Origin: Schizosaccharomyces osmophilus
Taxonomy: Eukaryota
Assembly: GCF_027921745.1 (NCBI RefSeq)
Contig: NC_079239.1
Coordinates: 682,001 to 746,000 of the forward strand
Reading direction: 5' to 3'
Length of the DNA stretch: 64,000 nucleotides
The position numbers and the translations under genes were made by a program. The stretch's first letter is position 1. Each line of letters begins with the position of its first letter. This document shows positions 58,626 to 64,000 of the stretch, piece after piece. The notes beneath the pieces were generated by a model that worked only from the letters and a program-made list of their open reading frames with translations, had not been told where the DNA came from and ran no database searches.

Positions 58626-61600
58626 CTAGTCGTAGTTTAGCACCATCTCTTTCATGCGTTTCCGTTCCATCAATTCTTCTTCTTGTCTTGACTTGGTAGA
58701 CTGAGCTAGCACCGAATGGTATGGAACATCCAACACCTGAGAACGTTGTTTGTTGCCTTTCTTGGTTAAGAGTGTAAACTTTACATTTTCTTCATTCTCC
58801 GTTAACAAGTTATTTAGATCTGAAAAGGAAGCATCTCCACTTGTGTTTCTTAAAGGAAGAGGAACATCGAAAGCAATGCCCCTTTCATGAGCTCTCGAAG
58901 ATAAACTGTCATTCATCATCCGATTTAATTCTTCATCTATTTCATCTGTGTGAATGCGCTCTTCGTCTAACTCTTCATCATCGCTGTTAAAAATTTCAGG
59001 ATCATCCATATCTATGCTGATTTCCTCTTCACTCTCTGAGTCATCCGACGAATCTTCATTTTCTTCGTTGTCTTCCCAATCATTAGCTTCAAGTTCATTT
59101 TCACTTTCATTTGACTTTTCTGATTGAACAATAGAACCCTCTTCATCATCTTGATCATGATCGTCTATTCCACTTTGTATTCTTTCAGCCAAAGCAGTCC
59201 ATGCTTCATCGAAATTTTTATACACTTTCATACTAGGGCGAACTTTTGGAACCACATCATCAAACTCGAACTGCATATCTAAAGGAACCTCTGGTTGCGC
59301 TAGAAAATAGCATTGATAGGCCAATAAATATGTCAGCATCGTCTTCCTGGTCTTTGATCGTACAAGTGAAGAACCACACGTTGACAGAAAAAGTGCAATC
59401 ATGCGAAGTCGAAACAACTCATTTTCTTTACTTATGGCACCAGGTGGAGAAAACTGAAGAATATTCTTAAACTTGTCTGGGGGGAGCAGATAGAATAAAA
59501 TTCCGATAATTGATCTTACATCTAGTAATCTCACACAATAAAGCTCAGCCAAAAACTTTGCTTGTGCCAATCGCTTCTGGCTATCGCCAAAACTGCTAGA
59601 ATCTATGGATGTTAAAAGTGAATCCACCGTGTCATCAATGACATAAATGCAAAAATCAGGATGTGTTTTATATAAAGAAGCAACTAAGCTTGCAAAAGAA
59701 TTTAAACACTCATACTTCATATTCCATACTTCCATAAATGTCGAGTATAGTATTTCAAAATCGGTTTTCCAGTTGAATTTTCGAAGTAAAGCTATAGTAG
59801 CAGTTAAATTTGTTTCGTTTAGACGAATGTGTAAGATGTATCTCAAAAACTCTTCTTTTAAGGGACGTTTCCTGACCCTTTCAGAGCTTGTCTTTGGTGG
59901 ATTCACAAAATACAAAGCATTGTCCAATATTAGCTGCTCTTGGGCGGGAAGAGCAGCAGCTAGCTTCTTTTTCTGAACAGCTTCTAACAATGAAGTTATT
60001 TGTAGAGAAGACTTGGGAAATCTAAAAAGGAACCGACCACAGTTTTCTAAAAGCAAGGACAAAACTTCCAGATCAAAAGAAGTAAAGTCTAGCAGACACA
60101 TTTTATAACAGTCAAACACATAAGAAAAGGGCATCAGACGAAATTTTGTAAGCTCTGACACGTAGCGAACTATTAAAGTCCTAGTATCATACTCATGTTT
60201 CGCTTTCCTATTCATCATGCGACGGAATGCTCCACGAGCATGCTCTACGAGAGCAGATGCAATCTCTGGAGCGAGAGGAGTCACAATTCTAGCAAAACGA
60301 ATGTAATAAGGGACCAGAAAAGAACTTGTTCTGGGAATATTACAAAAGGCCTTTATAAGGCGATTTCTGGAAGCCTTAGTATTCAAAAAAAGAAACTCCA
60401 AAGCAGCTTGATCGACTTGCTCGGCTGACATGAAATTCGGAAGTGTCTGCAAAAGATTATCAATCTTGACGCTAACAGACTTGGATGGTTTAGTAAGCTT
60501 TTGAGAATCTTCTGTAGAAGCTTCTGGTTTTGTTTCCTGATCCCCATTGGTCTCAAAGCTTTTCTTCTTGACAAACTCTAAATTCGGTAGTTCAGGAAAT
60601 GTTTCATAAAATCGATGTTCTTCTTCGGAATCCCACAGTTGGACAGCACCTGTCTGAACCAGAACTTCTGCATTAAGTATGTTATTTTGTATACTCATTA
60701 CTTCCTCTCGCTTTTTATGGAAAGAGTCTTGCATTTCCTTTATGTTTGAAGGAAACGATTGGTTTAAAGCTTCGCATATAGAAAGACCATTCGCAATATC
60801 GCCTTCAATAGACTTCAAGAAATCCTCAGCCTTATTTGAAGTACCCTCCAATGTGTTCTCCAAAAAATCTTGCTCGCTGAGGCGATCCCGGTATTCTTCA
60901 AATTCATGCTGGCGAAGTTCAATGTAACCAATTAAATCTTGATAATAACGGTCAAGTTGGATTCGAAGTTGAAGTCGCCAGTGAGAATCACAAACGCTAT
61001 TGATACGTTGATTTATTTCATTTTCACCAGGTAATGCCTCATAAGAAGAGAACAGTTCATACCTGTATGACCTGACTACTGAGGAGACGATTGGCAATAA
61101 AGAAAAATTTGAGGGGGCCGCAAGTACATCTTCAAGCAAGAGAACAACTATTGGAGTTTGAGGTGCTTTCTCCTCAAGCATACCTTTACGGAATTTTTTC
61201 CCAGAAGTATATACAGCAGGAAGGAGATCTTTAAAATCGTCGGGGGTACGAACAAGTCCATGGAGCCAGAATTCAACGAAAATTCTCAGAAGGGCCCTTG
61301 TTTTTGCAGCATTAATACTGTTCCCCTTGTTAGGAATTGTTTCAGATACCGCAACAGCGGACGCGGACTTAACAAGGTTTCCTGAGATCGAGTCTGCAGG
61401 CGAAGGATACAGCATAGAATACAGATTAGCCAATAGCGGTCTTATAAATGAAACCGAAAACCTTTGATAAAGGAAAAACACAATCTTCACAGCGGCTTGG
61501 ATATCCTTGACGGACCTGCATTTCGAAAGTCCTTCAGCTATGGACAAAGTGATTTCAGGCACAAACTTTCCCAGCGAAAGAGACTTAATTTCTTTAATGA

Positions 61601-61787
61601 ATAAGTCATAATTATCAGCAGTTAAAGAAGTTCTGCATCTTTTCATAAAAGCAGTGTTTTTTTTCAAACTGGAATCTAATGATTTTTGGACTGGAAATCC
61701 GTTTGCATCTCCATTTTTTGTCTGTATAGCAAGTTGTCTGTCGTTCAAATACACATTAAGTTTATCCAACAGTTCTTCCTTTGACAT
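58626..61787 (-). CDS. upf2: Nonsense-mediated decay factor Upf2
   Basis: LDSSLKKNTAFMKR, MIF4G repeats, acidic region, FTLLTKKGNKQ. Confidence 0.96.
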   Translation of the reverse strand: MSKEELLDKLNVYLNDRQLAIQTKNGDANGFPVQKSLDSSLKKNTAFMKRCRTSLTADNYDLFIKEIKSLSLGKFVPEITLSIAEGLSKCRSVKDIQAAVKIVFFLYQRFSVSFIRPLLANLYSMLYPSPADSISGNLVKSASAVAVSETIPNKGNSINAAKTRALLRIFVEFWLHGLVRTPDDFKDLLPAVYTSGKKFRKGMLEEKAPQTPIVVLLLEDVLAAPSNFSLLPIVSSVVRSYRYELFSSYEALPGENEINQRINSVCDSHWRLQLRIQLDRYYQDLIGYIELRQHEFEEYRDRLSEQDFLENTLEGTSNKAEDFLKSIEGDIANGLSICEALNQSFPSNIKEMQDSFHKKREEVMSIQNNILNAEVLVQTGAVQLWDSEEEHRFYETFPELPNLEFVKKKSFETNGDQETKPEASTEDSQKLTKPSKSVSVKIDNLLQTLPNFMSAEQVDQAALEFLFLNTKASRNRLIKAFCNIPRTSSFLVPYYIRFARIVTPLAPEIASALVEHARGAFRRMMNRKAKHEYDTRTLIVRYVSELTKFRLMPFSYVFDCYKMCLLDFTSFDLEVLSLLLENCGRFLFRFPKSSLQITSLLEAVQKKKLAAALPAQEQLILDNALYFVNPPKTSSERVRKRPLKEEFLRYILHIRLNETNLTATIALLRKFNWKTDFEILYSTFMEVWNMKYECLNSFASLVASLYKTHPDFCIYVIDDTVDSLLTSIDSSSFGDSQKRLAQAKFLAELYCVRLLDVRSIIGILFYLLPPDKFKNILQFSPPGAISKENELFRLRMIALFLSTCGSSLVRSKTRKTMLTYLLAYQCYFLAQPEVPLDMQFEFDDVVPKVRPSMKVYKNFDEAWTALAERIQSGIDDHDQDDEEGSIVQSEKSNESENELEANDWEDNEENEDSSDDSESEEEISIDMDDPEIFNSDDEELDEERIHTDEIDEELNRMMNDSLSSRAHERGIAFDVPLPLRNTSGDASFSDLNNLLTENEENVKFTLLTKKGNKQRSQVLDVPYHSVLAQSTKSRQEEELMERKRMKEMVLNYD

Positions 61788-62262
61788 AGCCTAATTCAAA
61801 ATTACAAGTCAATACGACTGTATTTCATAGCAAGGGTTTGGCTGTACAGTATGGTTGCTGTAAAGGTCTTGGGTTAGAAAAATAAAGTCGCTATTACGGT
61901 TACTAGTTATGTGAGACCCTACGGTGAAATGATTAGAAAATAATATATGAATTTGTAATTACAAAATTAATTTGGTCCTCGCGATTTGAAGAAGAATTAA
62001 AGTCACTGGTATAGATGGTCATTTTTTAGAATCTGAAATTTCGCTGGAAATATGATAGAGGTTTATTAAATTTATGTTAATGGAAATAAAAATAAAAATT
62101 AAAGTATCCTATCAAGTAGGTTCCCTTCAACAAGGATACGGTCGAAAAAAAGCAGTTACTATTCAATATGATATTATTATACTAACAGGTTTAGTAAAAT
62201 TAGTACTGCCATTTCAACAACTCTTCCCTTATGAATCTTCTGTCTCAGTGATTTTTTAGAGA

Positions 62263-63824
62263 ATGGCCGGGCTTTCAATGCTGTATAATGCAGCCATTGC
62301 AAGTACTTTTATGAAAATCTTGCTTTTTCCATGCTATCGCTCGACCGACTTTGAGGTTCACAGAAACTGGCTAGCCATAACTCATTCATTACCCATTTCG
62401 CAATGGTACACTTCAGCAATTTCGGAGTGGACATTGGACTATCCTCCTTTTTTTGCTTATTTTGAATTTGTTCTTTCCTGGATCGCGAAGTTACTCGGTT
62501 TTGACGCAGAAATGCTAAACCCATACAATTTGAATTATGCGTCTCCTTCAGTAGTAATATTTCAAAGAAGCTCAGTTATTGTTTCAGAGTTAGTACTTTT
62601 ATGGGCCTTGCGCGAATATGTGTATTCATATCCTGAGATCAATAGGGGAAATGCTGTACTCACTGCGATAGACACATTTTTATCACCTGGATTTCTCATT
62701 ATAGATCACATTCATTTCCAGTATAATGGTTTTCTTTTTGGATTACTGATTTGGTCTCTAATTTTAGCCAAGCATAATCGATTGCTGCTGTCAGCTGCAG
62801 TCTTCACGACCCTCATCTGCTTCAAGCATATATTTTTATACGTTGCTCCGGCTTACTTTATATACCTTTTACGAGTGTATTGCTTGAGTGAATCCGGGTT
62901 CCGTCCGCAAATATTCAACACTATTAAGTTGGGGCTCACAGTTAGTAGTATTTTCCTTTTAGCATTTGGCCCTTGGATTTACATGGGACAAATTCCACAA
63001 CTCTTTACTCGACTTTTCCCATTTTCTAGAGGTCTTTGCCATGCTTATTGGGCACCTAATTTCTGGGCACTTTACTCTTTCTTCGACAGAGTAGCTTATG
63101 CTTTCTTACCTCGCCTTGGATATTCTTTTCCTGAGGTACCTTTTACGAACGCTCCTACACGTGGGCTGGTTGGAGACACGATGTTTTCGGTCTTGCCAAA
63201 TATTTCTCCCTCTTTTACTTTTTATTTATGCCTGGCTTTGCAAGGTTGCGTACTTTTAAAGTTGTTTCTCCGTCCCACTTGGCGCGTTTTTGTTGGAGCC
63301 ACCACTTTGTGCGCTTGGATTAGCTTTCTGTTTGGTTGGCATGTTCATGAAAAGGCAATCCTTATTGTCATCATTCCTTTCAGGTATGCTAGCTTTTTAT
63401 TAATCGTCCCACGTGAATCATAATGACTAACATTTGTAGTATTCTTTCTTTAATAGACCGTCGTTACCTGGAAGCTTTCCGTCCATTAGCCGTTGCAGGA
63501 TATATCTCTTTGCTTCCTTTGTTATTTACCTCTCAGGAAGCTCCCATCAAGTATCTTTTTACTGGCGCATGGGTCGCTGTTCTTTTGCATTTTGATAAAA
63601 ATGCGCCCGTCCCTGTTAAAAGAGTATTTTTGCTCAATAGAGTTAATCTTGCTTATGTGGCTGGGTTTGTTCCTTTGTTTATTTACAACTCATTTCTTCA
63701 CAATTTCATATTTGGCGGGCGATTTGAGTTCTTGCCATTAATGCTTTTAAGTACGTATTCGGCTTGGGGAATTTTTTGTGCTTTTATCAGTCTCTCTTGG
63801 CTATATTTTACTGATTTGAAATAG
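62263..63824 (+). CDS. alg8: Dolichyl-PP-oligosaccharide alpha-1,3-glucosyltransferase Alg8; exons 62263-63383, 63440-63824
   Basis: STDFEVHRNWLAIT, WTLDYPP, DHIHFQYNG, RGLCHAYWAPN and WHVHEKA motifs; canonical intron. Confidence 0.95.
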
Positions 63825-64000
63825 CTCTTTCTGGTAAACAAAAAAAAACTATTGTATAAAAGGTTCGGTTATTGAATTTGATGATCCTTAATGATATATC
63901 CTTAATTTCGCTAGATGATAGAAAGCTTGGAGAGCAATATTATTACATTCGTTATTTGTTATTTTATAAATGGATAATCGATAAGTACTATCATGAATGC

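Noticed and set aside
1..64000. CRISPR arrays, LTR/Tf retrotransposons, prokaryotic operons
   Set aside because: Eukaryotic intron-containing locus; no repeat-spacer arrays, RT/integrase ORFs or recognisable LTRs seen.

Overview
Eukaryotic, AT-rich, gene-dense fission yeast (Schizosaccharomyces) chromosomal DNA. It is not S. pombe itself and is probably from the S. octosporus/osmophilus/cryophilus group (inference). Gene order matches, from memory, S. pombe chromosome I cosmids SPAC6B12-SPAC32A11-SPAC19A8: mus7/mms22 (runs off the left end), HbrB/bit2, gon7, kynurenine-type aminotransferase, ies2, rrg9, pqr1, mug185, rsa3, trm10, spp1, drc1, tom70, ypi1, a conserved fungal gene, cpc2 (with an intronic U24-family snoRNA), meu26, tif212, mug8, a SPAC32A11.02c orthologue, phx1, trp2, pth2, usp101, dcp2, irc6, rfp1, yos1 and upf2, followed by alg8. 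There are three tRNA genes (Thr-AGT, Gly-GCC, Lys-TTT) and one dispersed 5S rRNA gene. The most unusual part is a ~6 kb island (28143-34253) between tRNA-Gly and 5S/tRNA-Lys with no recognisable conserved gene. It holds a cluster of forkhead/Mei4 FLEX motifs, a degenerate ~150 bp tandem duplication, a cryptic spliced multi-transmembrane ORF with an LPxY motif, and a convergent 71-aa secreted N-glycopeptide ORF. This could be a lineage-specific meiotic/spore locus; a wtf-like driver context is speculative. Other notable items are a probable non-AUG mitochondrial N-terminal extension on the aminotransferase, a GC-AG intron in irc6, and a 15-bp inverted repeat upstream of pqr1. Exon boundaries were derived by hand; gene names rest on recalled similarity and synteny, not database searches.
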